Assembly (NCBI GenBank): GCA_964016885.1
Contig: OZ024740.1
Span: forward strand, 171,058,001 to 171,122,000
Reading direction: 5' to 3'
DNA: 64,000 nt
Origin: Eledone cirrhosa
Lineage: Eukaryota
A model generated the notes under the pieces. The model did not search any database. It worked only from the letters and a program-made list of their open reading frames with translations, and was not told the origin of the DNA. The translations under genes were made by a program, and so were the position numbers. Position 1 is the stretch's first letter. Each line of letters starts with the position of its first letter. This document shows, piece by piece, positions 47,234-61,000 of this stretch.

Positions 47234-47391
47234 TATATATATAGGCACGTATGTATGTGTATGTCTCTGTATGTATGTATTTAGAGACATACATATGCAC
47301 ATGTATATATATATATTCTGTACACACACACGCACGCATACAGACACGCACATATATGTATATATGTATATATATATGTGTGTGGGGTATT

Positions 47392-47428
<37 letters not shown>

Positions 47429-47880
47429 GGGGGGTTATATTTAATTTGTTGGGATACAACAAGCAAAATATTTTTATAACTGATATAAAGCACTCAACAA
47501 ATGATTGTAGTAAATATACAATATATTAACAAATGGAAACTATATTTATAAAACCATATTTATTTCATTATACATATTTCAAGGGCCACCAGAGTAAACT
47601 ATGGTGCGCTTTCATCAGATAAAATATAATATAGGTTATTTTTATAAATAAATATTGACATACCCTTAAAAAATGCAACCATTCTGGTTGGAATCTCCTG
47701 GATAGGAGTGTGTGTGTGTATATATATATCATGTATATATATATATATATAATTATATGTGTGTGTGTGTGTATGTGTGGAGATTCTCGAATTGTGTCGA
47801 AGTGGTGGTAGTGGAGGTAACCAGAATTAAAAAAGGTACTCGATATGTTGGCAGAGTATAGGTATCTTTATTATATAGAG

Positions 47881-47978
47881 AAATGACTTCTACTGGGCTG
47901 GCAATGTTTCACTTGTATGAAATACACTGCTGATGATTTCATAAAAATGAAACAGTCCTAATCCTGTAGAAATCCTTT
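47881..47978. ncRNA. Inverted pair of hammerhead fragments (GUA family)
   Basis: Plus strand CTGATGA-TTTCATAAAAAT-GAAACAG-TCCTAATC-CTGTA-GAAATC at 47930-47974, preceded by a diverged reverse-complement copy. Confidence 0.6.
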
Positions 47979-47984
47979 ATATAT

Positions 47985-48036
<52 letters not shown>

Positions 48037-48070
48037 CATTTATATATATATATATATATATATATAAATC

Positions 48071-48106
<36 letters not shown>

Positions 48107-48107
48107 C

Positions 48108-48143
<36 letters not shown>

Positions 48144-48176
48144 TTTATATATATATATATATATATATAAATCATT

Positions 48177-48223
<47 letters not shown>

Positions 48224-48227
48224 CATT

Positions 48228-48275
<48 letters not shown>

Positions 48276-48278
48276 AAT

Positions 48279-48350
48279 GGCTTCTACAAGACTAGAGCTG
48301 TTTCATTCGAAGGAAATCATCAAGAAAGCCAGCTTTCCTGATGATTTCCT
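48279..48350 (-). ncRNA. Hammerhead motif (GUA family, C3 mutated) with terminal fold-back
   Basis: Homolog of 1481-1532. Hairpin at 48311-48350 whose plus-strand arm retains CTGATGA. Confidence 0.6.
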
Positions 48351-48418
48351 ATACTAAATATTTATACTCTGCTATATATTGAGTACCTTATTTACTGTCG
48401 TTACCTCCGATTGTACCC

Positions 48419-48544
<126 letters not shown>

Positions 48545-48825
48545 GGAGTACTTTCCTGATTTTCTCAAATATTATTTATAGTGATTGACTATTTTTATTG
48601 TTATCTGATGACTATATGTCAACATTCATTCCTTTCATATTTTCTCCTATATTTCGCATCCTCCCTCTTTTATTTAATATATTCTATTTCTAGCTGACTA
48701 TCTGCAGTTCGTGGTCTTCTCCTGTCTAAATGTTTCCTGCTTCCTTTCTTAACTTACTATCATCTATCTTCCTTCCTATTTGTTTTCTCCTTCTCACAAA
48801 TCTTTTCTTCTCTTTTTCAATCTAT

Positions 48826-48858
48826 CTTACAATGAAGGAATGACGTCCGAAACGTTAA
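48826..48858 (+). pseudogene. Degenerate minimal hammerhead, same family as 1887-1922
   Basis: CAATGA-AGGAATGACGTCC-GAAACGTTAA. Confidence 0.5.
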
Positions 48859-48946
48859 TGCGATTTTCCTACTACATCAAGTGTGGAAGTAATATATATC
48901 ATCATAATATAGATTTGTTGTTTTTTGTTCTTTTTCTTTATTGAGT

Positions 48947-49015
<69 letters not shown>

Positions 49016-49589
49016 TATATGTCATATGCGGTGTCCCAGCATGGCCTCAGCCGGATGGATGGAACAGGTACAAGAGTAAAATTATATATGTGTGTGTGTT
49101 CATGTTTCTATATATGTAAATATAGATATATATGTGTGTGTGGGTGTGAATATGTATCTATCTATCTCTTTCTATATATATATACGCACACAATCAAACC
49201 CACACACATACATACATACATACATACATACATACATACATACATACATACATACATACATACATACATACATACATACATACATGTTTCACTAAAACCT
49301 ATAACTATAAAGTTATTGAATTGTTTTTAAAAGAAAATGAATAAGGAAAGCGTAAAATGTTTTATTCTTTCAGCCATTTAATTCTAAATATATTCAGTAT
49401 ATTCAGTACAATAAATTCATTTGCCTCGATGATAAGAACAAAGATTAAAGACACAATTTTCTAAATTGTATCAAAAAAATTATGTGATTTTAATCTGCTT
49501 ATTAACTTTTAAAATGGAAAAATACATTTTAACACCACCAACAATCATCCATGAACAAGAATTTGCATCAGCTGTCATACAATTGAAGG

Positions 49590-50169
<580 letters not shown>

Positions 50170-50419
50170 ACTCTGTATCAATTTATTCTTCACTCTCCTC
50201 TTCTAAGAAGGATGTAAGAAATATCACCTATTTATGCATCACCTACCTAAACAAGCAAACATTAGAAATTATACTGACTGCAAAGTCACACCCAGTTATT
50301 TATCCTCCTATACGCCCAGGAGCAATGGCGCTGAAGCTCAGAAGGGCGTTTTAGTTTGTTTTGTTCTTTTTATTTATTTATTCCTTCAGTTTACTTTTCT
50401 TAAGATGGACAACAACAAA

Positions 50420-50450
<31 letters not shown>

Positions 50451-52704
50451 GCAAAGCATTGTTCATACTTCATACACACTACGCCTCACCCACCAACTGG
50501 GACACTTTTCTTTCGAGTCCCAGTTTCCTGTTTATAAAAGAATAGTATCGTGTATGGTTTTAAGAGTTTTCAAAGATTTTCTCAATAATCCTTCCAAGCT
50601 GTGTAAGGGTAGGCGTAAGAATATATCTTCTCTAGAAACAATGATGTCAGTTTAGCGTTAAAGACTATCTGTGGTGACCTTGTCTCTTTAGTTGTCACCT
50701 TGGACTCAGTATTACATGAACCAATATGTTCATCTTTTCTAACACGATTTTGGTGTAATGTGAGAGAGATCTGGATACTATTTCTAGCAGATCGAATGAC
50801 CACGTAGAGGTTCGTGTAGAAATTACATGATGAATACTCTGTCGGTTTTGACGATGATCAACTAAATGTCCAACTCTGGAATTAACGTGTAAGGGTTGAG
50901 TATTTCAAATACATGTGTATCCAAAATGTTAATTTAGTAGTCGAATGACTACGACAGAATATGTGACGTAGCTAGACATATGAATTACATGCACAATCCA
51001 TTCGACGGACTTCATGTAGTCTCTGTCTTCTCAATTACAACCAGAAGGCTTGAGACTACCCGTAATTATGGTAAAAACACATCCCCAAGGGGTCACACAT
51101 TTGGATCAAGCCCGGAATTTCATAATCACAAACTTCTTAACTACTTAGCTAGGCCTGTGATTATCTATAGCTGTGTTATTAAAAGTCAATTGAACACAAT
51201 CGCATACTGATAATCTTTTTTCAGTTATTGAAGTTAATTCCTATTATTATCCCCTTATATCTTATCTGAGAAAAGGCAAGATTCTCTAATTTCATATGCT
51301 TCCTTGGCAGCATATGTATCTAATGATATGAATGAACAGTGTTACATCATGCGACAGCAAGCTCCAGCTTGACTGTATTCACAATATATCTTATGCCTTT
51401 TGGTGGAGATAATTTCTTTCAATTACTTTTAAACCAAACCAAAAGTATGAATTGATGGGATGGGTGCATGGATGAACTTACCTTTAACTCCTGGTGGAAT
51501 CATAGGACATCGTAGTGACATACTGTGTTTCTTGGGTATTTAAACCAGACGGAGACTAACTCTCCCCAGGTTTAAACTCAGCTGATGTCTTTAAGAGAAG
51601 GTGAGCGAAAGAAATAGGAAAGAATAGACCCCAATACTGGACTGGTTCTTTTTTTATCGACCGACCTCAAATAGATTTGAACTTATAGCGCAGAGAACCG
51701 GAATGAATACCGAAAAGTATTCTATCCGACGTACTCACAGCTCCACCAATTTGCCGCCTCCAAAAGTATGAATGTTACACAATTTCATATCAATGAGTAT
51801 AATCCTGAAATCTATGCTCCTATGTAATTGATCATTATTAATTTTGTATATTTGTTACTTTTAGTGTAACGCGAGAAGAAAAAGTAGAGCCTATGGCGTT
51901 TGAAGGACCTCGGTGACAAAAAGACTGAAAGATTTGGGTAAGTTAATATGCTACATATTCAGAATGTGTTTTAAAAGATCAGCGAGTTAAAGGAAACGTT
52001 AGCTGTTTGGAAAAGAATGTTGAGGACATGGTATAGAGATGAAACGGCAAGAAAAATAGTTATATTAAACGAGCGGATTTAAATAAATGTAGTACGCAAT
52101 CACTAATTTCAAAATAACATTTGCTATTATAATAACCACAGGTTTTGTAGAGGGGAAAATATGATTTCTATTTGAAAGGCAGCTTTTGAATATTGGTGAG
52201 TGTCTAGTGGTCCATTGTAGAACGAACAATCTAGGGCGGGTAAAATTCCCGAGATCGATATATTTGATCCATCATCCACTGGCCCTCCCTATGGTTCTAA
52301 ACCAGCAGAGTCATAACGACCAGACTGCTCATTGACAGTGTAATTAGGGGCGCTAACCCTAGTGCTGTTAAATCCACTCTCCATGGTTCTTTTCAATGGC
52401 TGATAATACTTTACCGGCGCCACTCAAATAAGGTAATTATTTAACCCATAAATGGGGCCCTAACAGGTACTACTACTCCGGGCCAGAGAAGACCTGGGAG
52501 TGATAACCACTGAGGAGTACTTGTTTGTTTACCCTAGCGTCCCCTTTATTTACGTGTCCCAACGACTTTTTTTTAGCCGTTGCTCGCACCAACCTGAGGT
52601 ATATGGCCTTTAATGCGACGAAATGCCTACGACGGTTGGAAGACCACTGATGAGGACAAACTTTTTCATATGTAACCCATTTGCAGCGCCGCAGCTCCAT
52701 TATT

Positions 52705-52750
<46 letters not shown>

Positions 52751-52928
52751 ACATAAACAGAGAAAGCCTTAAGCGATACTCCGACCAACTCCATCTCACT
52801 CAACAAACATTAGGATATACTTAAGTATTATCCGAATTTAGTGTTTGGGGTGCTAACTAATCAGTATTTCGTGGATAGCTGGTTGTATTATTTTATAAGA
52901 GACATTATTAAATAAATATCTCTTTGCT

Positions 52929-53052
52929 TCCAGACGGCCGTTTCGTTATAAGATTTCTACAATTTGAGATAAATAATTTCCAGGTTATGTAGAAACGAGT
53001 ATATAATCCATAGTTTTATACACAAGCGGGTTCTTATAAACTCATCAGTGGA
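52929..53052 (-). ncRNA. Type I hammerhead with large branched helix II
   Basis: Minus strand TCCA-CTGATGA-GTTTATAAGA-[~78 nt]-TCTTATAAC-GAAACGGCCGTC-TGGA: all three helices pair, GUC site. Confidence 0.8.
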
Positions 53053-53247
53053 TGCCCAATTAATAACGATATAAGAATTATATCGACCTTAACAGAATGG
53101 TGATGGTCTCCCTCAGCGCTAAGAAGAGACTGGTAGATTAGAATCCAGCAGTTCTCCCAAAGAAAAAATACACGCTGTCCCCAAAGGGTAAAGGGAGGTC
53201 ATCTTAAAATAAAACAATATACACGCTGGTCAATTAAAGCTGTTAGG

Positions 53248-53566
<319 letters not shown>

Positions 53567-53603
53567 ATATATATATATATTATATATATATATATTATAT
53601 ATA

Positions 53604-53658
<55 letters not shown>

Positions 53659-53671
53659 TATATATATATAT

Positions 53672-53830
53672 GTCCTGGGTATGACATTAAACTGTATCCA
53701 ATGGCAAGCCTCCAGTTCGGGAGTTCAGGAACTGTGGGGAACGTGGAGTTACCCCTTAGTTGTTATCACTCCCAGGTCTGCTCTGGCCCGCAGTAGTAGT
53801 ACCTGTTAGGGCTCCATTTATGCGTTAAAT
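53672..53830. repeat. Dispersed repeat; inverted homolog at 52447-52520
   Basis: GTTATCACTCCCAGGTCT.CTCTGGCCCG.AGTAGTAGTACCTGTTAGGGC appears on both strands. Confidence 0.75.
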
Positions 53831-53836
53831 AATTAA

Positions 53837-54027
53837 GGGCGGTGAATTGGCAGTATCGGTAGAGGGTCGGACGCCAAGCTTTGCAGCACAGAGTTGCGGC
53901 CCTTTACGGTCAGATTTCAAATCCCACCGAGGTTAACTTTGCCTTTCTTCCTTACGGGATCGATAAAATAAAGTACAAGTAATGTACTGGGGTAATTACA
54001 GGCCTTGTGCCTAAAGTAGAAACAATT
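53837..54027 (+). mobile_element. SINE family A
   Basis: Full head, core and tail. Confidence 0.9.
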
Positions 54028-54273
54028 ATTTATTATAATCATTAACGTTGGGACGAGCACATCTCAAATTTCAAATTTTCTCAGTTTCTTAAGTCAACAT
54101 GTTGTTTATATATATATTTTTAAATATATTTTTAGAAATGTAAGCCCAAACATGGATATGTATTATCATCAGTTTGTGGAGACACGAACAGGTTTTAATA
54201 ATGTTGGATATGTACTGACATTATTTGGTGGGGTCGCAGTGTTTGTTACATGTAGAGATTCTAATGTTTATAC

Positions 54274-54806
54274 CAGAGGTTCTCAAAGTGGCCGCACTCC
54301 CTCCCCCCTCCCCGGGAGAATTGAAAAAGTTCAAGGGGGAGCTGGGGCCTAAGGAGGTGGTAAAGATGATGTAATAGTATATTAAATATCAAATGATATA
54401 TATTATATGTAAATGTAGTAAAATAAAAAATTATATAATAATTATTTATACATAGTATTGGCAGTATCGGTAGAGGGTCGGACGCCATGCTTTCCAGCAT
54501 AGTTACGTCCCTTAACGATCTGAGTTCAAATCCCGCCGCGGTTGACTTTGCCTTTCATCCTTACGGGGTCGATAAAATAAAGTACCAGTAATGCACTGGA
54601 TAATTGCTGGCCTTGTGCCTAAAGTAGAAACAAGTATATATTATATTATTTATTATATATAAAGTAACGATTTTATTTATTATATATAAAGTAACGATTT
54701 TTTTTATTATATATTAATTTGTGGATAGGCAGGTCTCTCTGGAAATAGGGTTGGGGGATGGTATTGTGTGGCCGTGAGCGGGGCCCTAAAAATTTGAGAA
54801 CCTCTG
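54274..54806. mobile_element. hAT (Charlie-like) MITE containing a SINE
   Basis: TIRs CAGAGGTTCTCAAA / TTTGAGAACCTCTG. 8-bp flanks GTTTATAC vs TTTTTTAC (6/8 match). Confidence 0.8.
54458..54633 (+). mobile_element. SINE family A nested in the hAT MITE
   Basis: A/B boxes, core and tail. Confidence 0.9.
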
Positions 54807-54850
54807 TTTTTTACTGTCTGTTTACTAGTAGACCATTGTTGTCAATAATT

Positions 54851-55034
54851 GTTTCTACTTTTGGCACAAGGCCAGCAATTACCCAGTGTATTACTGGTAC
54901 TTTATTTTATCGACCCCGTAAGGATGAAAGGCAAAGTTAACCTCGGCGGGATTTGAACTCAGAATGGCAAGGGCCGTAACTCTATGCGTCAAAGCATGAC
55001 GTCCGAGCCTCTACCGATACTGCCAATCCACCGT
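54851..55034 (-). mobile_element. SINE family A, reverse orientation
   Basis: Reverse complement of the 26644-type copy. Confidence 0.9.
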
Positions 55035-55681
55035 CAATAATGATTGTAAAAGCGTTGAACGTATTTATTTGGGTCCAGAATTGGTATGCCATATATACTA
55101 GGATTACCGGATATATATAAAATCATACAACCTGGAAAACTTGCACTTTCATAAAACTAAGGTTTGTATAAAAGAAACCCTATGGTCTATATTGGTTAGT
55201 GATACGTTGAATAAGAAAGATAAGAATAATATTTTAACAATTTATATCTTGGATATAATTGCAGGATTAAATGTATAAATAACTTTGGAGAAATAACTAT
55301 TTACAGAAACAAAGGGTGGTGGAACTAGAACCAGGACCTTATGATTAGAAATCGAACTTTTTATTGTAGCAACATGACTAAAATAAGAGATGCATTGCAT
55401 GCATGTATGTGTATGTTTATAGGTGTAAGTGACAGACGGCTATATATATGTAGCAACATCAGCAATTGACAATATCAGAAAGTCAAAATAACCATTAAAA
55501 ACTTTACTTTTCTCTAATATTATCTTTTCTCCAAGAAAAACTTGTTGTTTGGGTTTTCTATGTGTTACTTCTAACTGTCTGAAGAGGTCATAGCTGTTGA
55601 ATTGTGGGTATCACAGAAATATATATAACGGTAATGAAAGAAGTAAATTATGAAATTATGAAATGTTGACTTATACCTCTT

Positions 55682-55745
<64 letters not shown>

Positions 55746-55821
55746 CTTCATGTTTGTTTCGGTATGAAGGTACATATTTTTGCGAGTGTAAACTCGGGTG
55801 AAGATATATATACCTTATACT

Positions 55822-55855
<34 letters not shown>

Positions 55856-55861
55856 AATATA

Positions 55862-55920
<59 letters not shown>

Positions 55921-56575
55921 CGTATGTTATAAATAGTCCCGAGCAGTGCGACTTTCAAAATCTATAAAACATTCTTAAAATGCATACAATCGGAAATGTG
56001 GCGGGTCAAAATAAATTCGAAATTAAGAAAAAGAGACAAACATGCATGTATACATACATATATACATGCTTACATACACCCGTATATACATAAACACACA
56101 GACATACGTACATCGTATATACATAGATGCGTACATCCGTATATACACGCATACGTACATACACACATATATACATACATGCATACATATATACTTACAT
56201 ACATATACACATACATACTCGCATACATACACACATACACACATACATACATACATACATACATACATACATACATACATACATACATACATACATACAT
56301 ACCTGATGATGATGATGCTGCCCCCTCGTTATCGAGTATGGCAATTGCACGAAAAAAAATATATATATATATATTAATAATAATAATAATAATAACAACA
56401 GTAATAATCATACATACATACATACACACACACATACATACACACAAACATACATACACACAAACATACATACATACATACATACATACATACATACATA
56501 CATACATACATACATACATACATACATACACGCATACATACATACATACATACATACATACATACATACATACAT

Positions 56576-57114
56576 GGTGGCTGCCAACTCGTTTTTGAGT
56601 ACGGCCACTACTTTATATCCATGTAGGAGAATGCGCTGAACGAGTGTGACTTTTTAGTCTAACCAGCGACTTGAAAACTCTAGTACAAACACTACACCTG
56701 TGACAATTATTGACACATAATGCTGGGCCCATGGTACCATGTGACGACAAGTGCAGAGAGATCTCCAGATATAAAGCAATGCCTGTGCCGTGAAGCTTTT
56801 ATAGTGAGCAAAGGCACTGCACAAAGCCAGTCCCACTCTCTTAACCAAGATGATATTTACCAAAAAGAAGAACAAGTCAACATCATTGGATACCATCAGA
56901 GTTGCAGGTGTTATATCAGAGTTTTCCTTCTCCTAGAATTCTGCCTTGACAAAGGCTAAGGGGTCTTCTCTCCCGGTGATTTTGGATGGCCATTGACTCT
57001 TAAGAGCTCCTTTGCCCTTTGACAGGTTTTGTTTTTAGTCCTGCAGGATGTCCAAAGTCACCCTCCTCACCAAGAAACCTTGGTGGGGTTGCCAGTTTAG
57101 TCGCCAACGACCCG
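56576..57114 (-). mobile_element. RTE-type short retroposon with (ATGT)n tail, copy 1 (5'-truncated)
   Basis: Near-identical to 57396-57943, with no credible ORF. Minus-strand 3' end ...GGCAGCCACC(ATGT)n. Confidence 0.75.
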
Positions 57115-57178
57115 TATATATGTATATATATACATATATACATACATATATATATACACATACATATATACATACATA

Positions 57179-57209
<31 letters not shown>

Positions 57210-57288
57210 ATATATACACACATACATATATACATACATATATACATACATACACATACATATATACATATATACATACATACACATA

Positions 57289-57319
<31 letters not shown>

Positions 57320-57395
57320 ATATATACACATATACATACATATACATACACATATACATATATACATACATATATATATATACATACATACATAT

Positions 57396-58002
57396 GGTGG
57401 CTGCCAACTCGTTTTCGAGTACGGCCACTACTTTATATCCATGTAGGAGAACCTCTACCGATGCGCTGAACGAGTGTGACTTTTTAGTCCAGCCAGCAAC
57501 TTGAAAACTCTGGTACAAACACTACACCTGTGACAATTATTGACACATAATGCTGGGCCCATGGTACCATGTGACGACAAGTGCAGAGAGATCTCCAGAT
57601 ATAAAGCAATTCCTGTGCCGTGAAGCTTTTATAGTGAGCAAAGGCACTGCACAAAGCCAGTCCCACTCTCTTAACCAAGATGATATTTACCAAAAAGAAG
57701 AACAAGTCAACATCATTGGATACCATCAGGGTTGCAGGTGTTATATCAGAGTTTTCCTTCTCCTAGAATTCTGCCTTGACAAAGGCTAAGGGGTCATCTC
57801 TCCCGGTGATTTTGGATGGCCATTGACTCTTAAGAGCTCCTTTGCCCTTTGACAGGTTTTGTTTTTAGTCCTGCAGGATGCCCAAAGTCACCCTCCTCAC
57901 CAAGAAACCTTGGTGGGGTTGCCAGTTTAGTCGCCAACGACCCAACCATGGGACAGGTTGTACTGGGATACATGTTACCAGTAGCACCAACTGGTGACCT
58001 GA
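57396..58002 (-). mobile_element. RTE-type short retroposon, copy 2 (~600 bp, longest)
   Basis: Direct repeat of copy 1 with an extra ~60 bp, flanked by (TACA)n. Confidence 0.75.
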
Positions 58003-58052
58003 CATACATACATACATACATACATACATACATACATACATACATACATACA

Positions 58053-58086
<34 letters not shown>

Positions 58087-58096
58087 CATACATACA

Positions 58097-61000
58097 TGGC
58101 GACCGTTGTGGTCAGTGTCCGATAATCGAACGTGTGTAATTACGGCTTACATGAAGGCAACATACCATATATTGGAAAAAGTTGAGCTACATTACGCGGT
58201 AAGATTACATACAATAATTCTACATAGGTGTTTGAACTGTAAGTGTGTTTTAAAACACCTATTTATATGAACGATACATGCACTTATGATATATGAACGA
58301 TACATACACTTTAACATATAAATGCAACGTTGTTATATTACATTTATAAAGAAATATACAAGTAACATTTTCGATTCAGAAACAAAAACATAAGTGTTTG
58401 AACTGTGAATATGTTGTGAATAAGTTGTAGAACACCTATTTATATGAATGATACATAAACTTTAACATATAAATACAGCGTTGTTATATTATATTACATT
58501 CATAAAGAAATATACTAAGTTTTTTGTTTGTTCTCGATTCAAACGATTCAAGAACAACGTTTAAAACACAGTTGTAGAATTAAAAACTAACTGAAAAGAA
58601 ATATTACCCAAACTGTGAATAACTTTAAATTAGATTCTGACAGAACTTTGTCGAAACCTTTAAAGAAGATCATCGACTATTTTGAAAAGTAAATACAAAA
58701 TATTAGTGAATAGACGAACTCATCATGGCAAAACGTACAAGTCTCCTTCGACCAAATCGCAATTACAACCGTTGTATACAGTGGAGCTACGAGCTTAACA
58801 AAGAATTATATGAAGCATACAAACAATCTGAACCCTAAAAGTTCGGTTTTATGCAAAGGCTAAAAACTTTATGGAACTCCAAACACCCAGAATTAGACTT
58901 TTCTCCAAAGCATTTAAATGAACAGGCAAAACGTATCATTAGATGTAAATTGATACATCTAACGGAATTGAGTGATACTACAAATACAGCCCTTGTAGAC
59001 AACCACCCCACCTCCACTGACAGACGAAGAGAATGGCCAGCTAAATCTAACAGTGAACAGCTCACCAACAATTTTGCTGAAATCCATCCCACTCCCACTG
59101 AAGAACAGCGAGAATGGTCAGCTAACTCTAGTAGTAAATGTCACCACATCAACAACGAGGCTGAAATTCATGACTCTACTGTACAAACAGAACACCAAAA
59201 ACTTGTGGACACCTTACAAGTGATATGGGACGATATGTTTCAAGAGATACACAGCCTTAATGTGAGTGACAGACCATACAACACCAGAATCAGTAAAGAA
59301 CCCACTAAATTGGAATTGGAAGCGGTGAACGAAATAGTTGACAATTATCTGAAGGCTATACGATCTAAAGGTGTAGAAACGACATTTGAAACGCTTAACA
59401 TGTTGTTATATGTTTCAGCTGTTACATTCCTATCATATAACAAACATCTAAAACCACGCAATCAAGATACAAACAAAAAGCCTGAACCAGCGTGGATGCA
59501 AAATTTAAAAAGCAAAATTTTGTTCCTGAGACGAAGTATCTCACACATCGCAGTCGTTATGAAATGCAACATAGAGAGCAACTTCACACGACACCAGGAA
59601 GAACTAAAAAAAAAGTTAGAGAAACGATTTGGAGATACAAAATTTAAAACTTTAAACTCTAAATTACACCAGTTGAAACAAGAACTCACAGCTACAACAG
59701 AAAGACTAAAATATAAGTCAACAGCACATAAACGACAAGTGCTAAATAGATTGTTTGCCAGAGATCCTAAATCAGTTTATCGCAGCTTCGGTGGCAAAAG
59801 CTCAATCTCTGTAAATGACACCCCTTCAAAAGAACAGGTTGGGAGCTACTGGAGATCTGTATGGGAAACGGATGACGGATTCAACAGACAAACTAATTGA
59901 CTAAAAGAACTGGAACAGGACTACTGCCAACATGTCCAGACAAAACAATATGACATAGATGGGTCAATACTGGAAACAGCTGTACAGAAAATGTCGAATA
60001 GGAAATCACCAGGCCCAGACCTCATTACAGGATACTGGTTGAAGAATTTCACTTTCTAACGGCAAGATCTCATACGGCTGTTTACAGAAACGATTAAAGG
60101 CACACAAGAACTGCCCAGATGGTTATCAACTGCCACTACTCTCCTCATTCCCCAAAATAGCCAAATCACCCTTGCTAAAAATTACCGCCCAATAGCCTGC
60201 CAAAACATCATGTATAAATTATATACTGGGTACCTTAACCTGTTCTTACAGGAAAACTGTGCTACCAACAACATCATAAAACCTGAGCAAACTGGTGGAA
60301 AGAGGGAGGTGTGGGGTTTCAGAGATCACCTACTAACTAATAAAATGATTCAAGAAAAAACAACAAAGAATCGCAGAAACATGACTGTGGTGTGGCTGGA
60401 CTATCAAAAAGAATTTGATAGTGTACCTCATGGGTAGATTGTTAAGGCTTTACAGTTAGCCAAAGTACCACAACCACTGGTAGCTGCTGTTGAATGTCTG
60501 ACCAAGAACTGGTACACCAATTTGATCCTTAGAAGTGAGAAGGAGCAAGTTAAGACTGATAAGATACATTACCAGAAGGGCATCTTTCAGGGTGATAGCT
60601 TGTCAGTGCTACTCTTCGTTCTCTCACTAAATCCACTATCTTACCTACTCAGGAAACAAGGTGGACAAAGAAGTGGGTCCAGAAGTATCTCCCATCTTTT
60701 CTTTGTTGATGACCTGAAGTTGTATGGGCCAAATATCAATGACATCAAGAAACAATTGGACCTCATTACACAATTTTCAACAGACATCAAAATGAAATTT
60801 GGTGAGTCCAAGTGTGCATATTTGGCAGTAAAACGTGGAAGAGCTGTGCCTTCCTCTAGAAATCTAGAGATGAACGGCCTGACAATACAACCTCTACAGT
60901 CAGGTGACAACTACAGATATCTTGGACAGGATGATAATGTCAGATATGATGGACCCATAAATAAGGAGAGAACCAGAACTGAATACCTCAGAAAAGTAAA

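Noticed and set aside
55578-55672. CTGAAGAG...GAAATGTTGAC hammerhead candidate
   Set aside because: Helix I and III pairing is poor. Possibly a decayed copy but not supportable. Lone CTGATGA hits near 3877, 11271, 31907, 48605 and 52648 also lack a matching GAAA and helices.
56576-58002. Direct repeats as LTRs of the downstream retroelement
   Set aside because: Both lie upstream, there are no TG...CA ends or PBS, the downstream element is non-LTR, and fragments occur independently at 32.5 and 34.0 kb.
58097-58220. HDV-like ribozyme at the 5' end of the RLE element
   Set aside because: Expected by analogy with R2/R4, but I could find only a small GACC/GGTC hairpin and no double pseudoknot.
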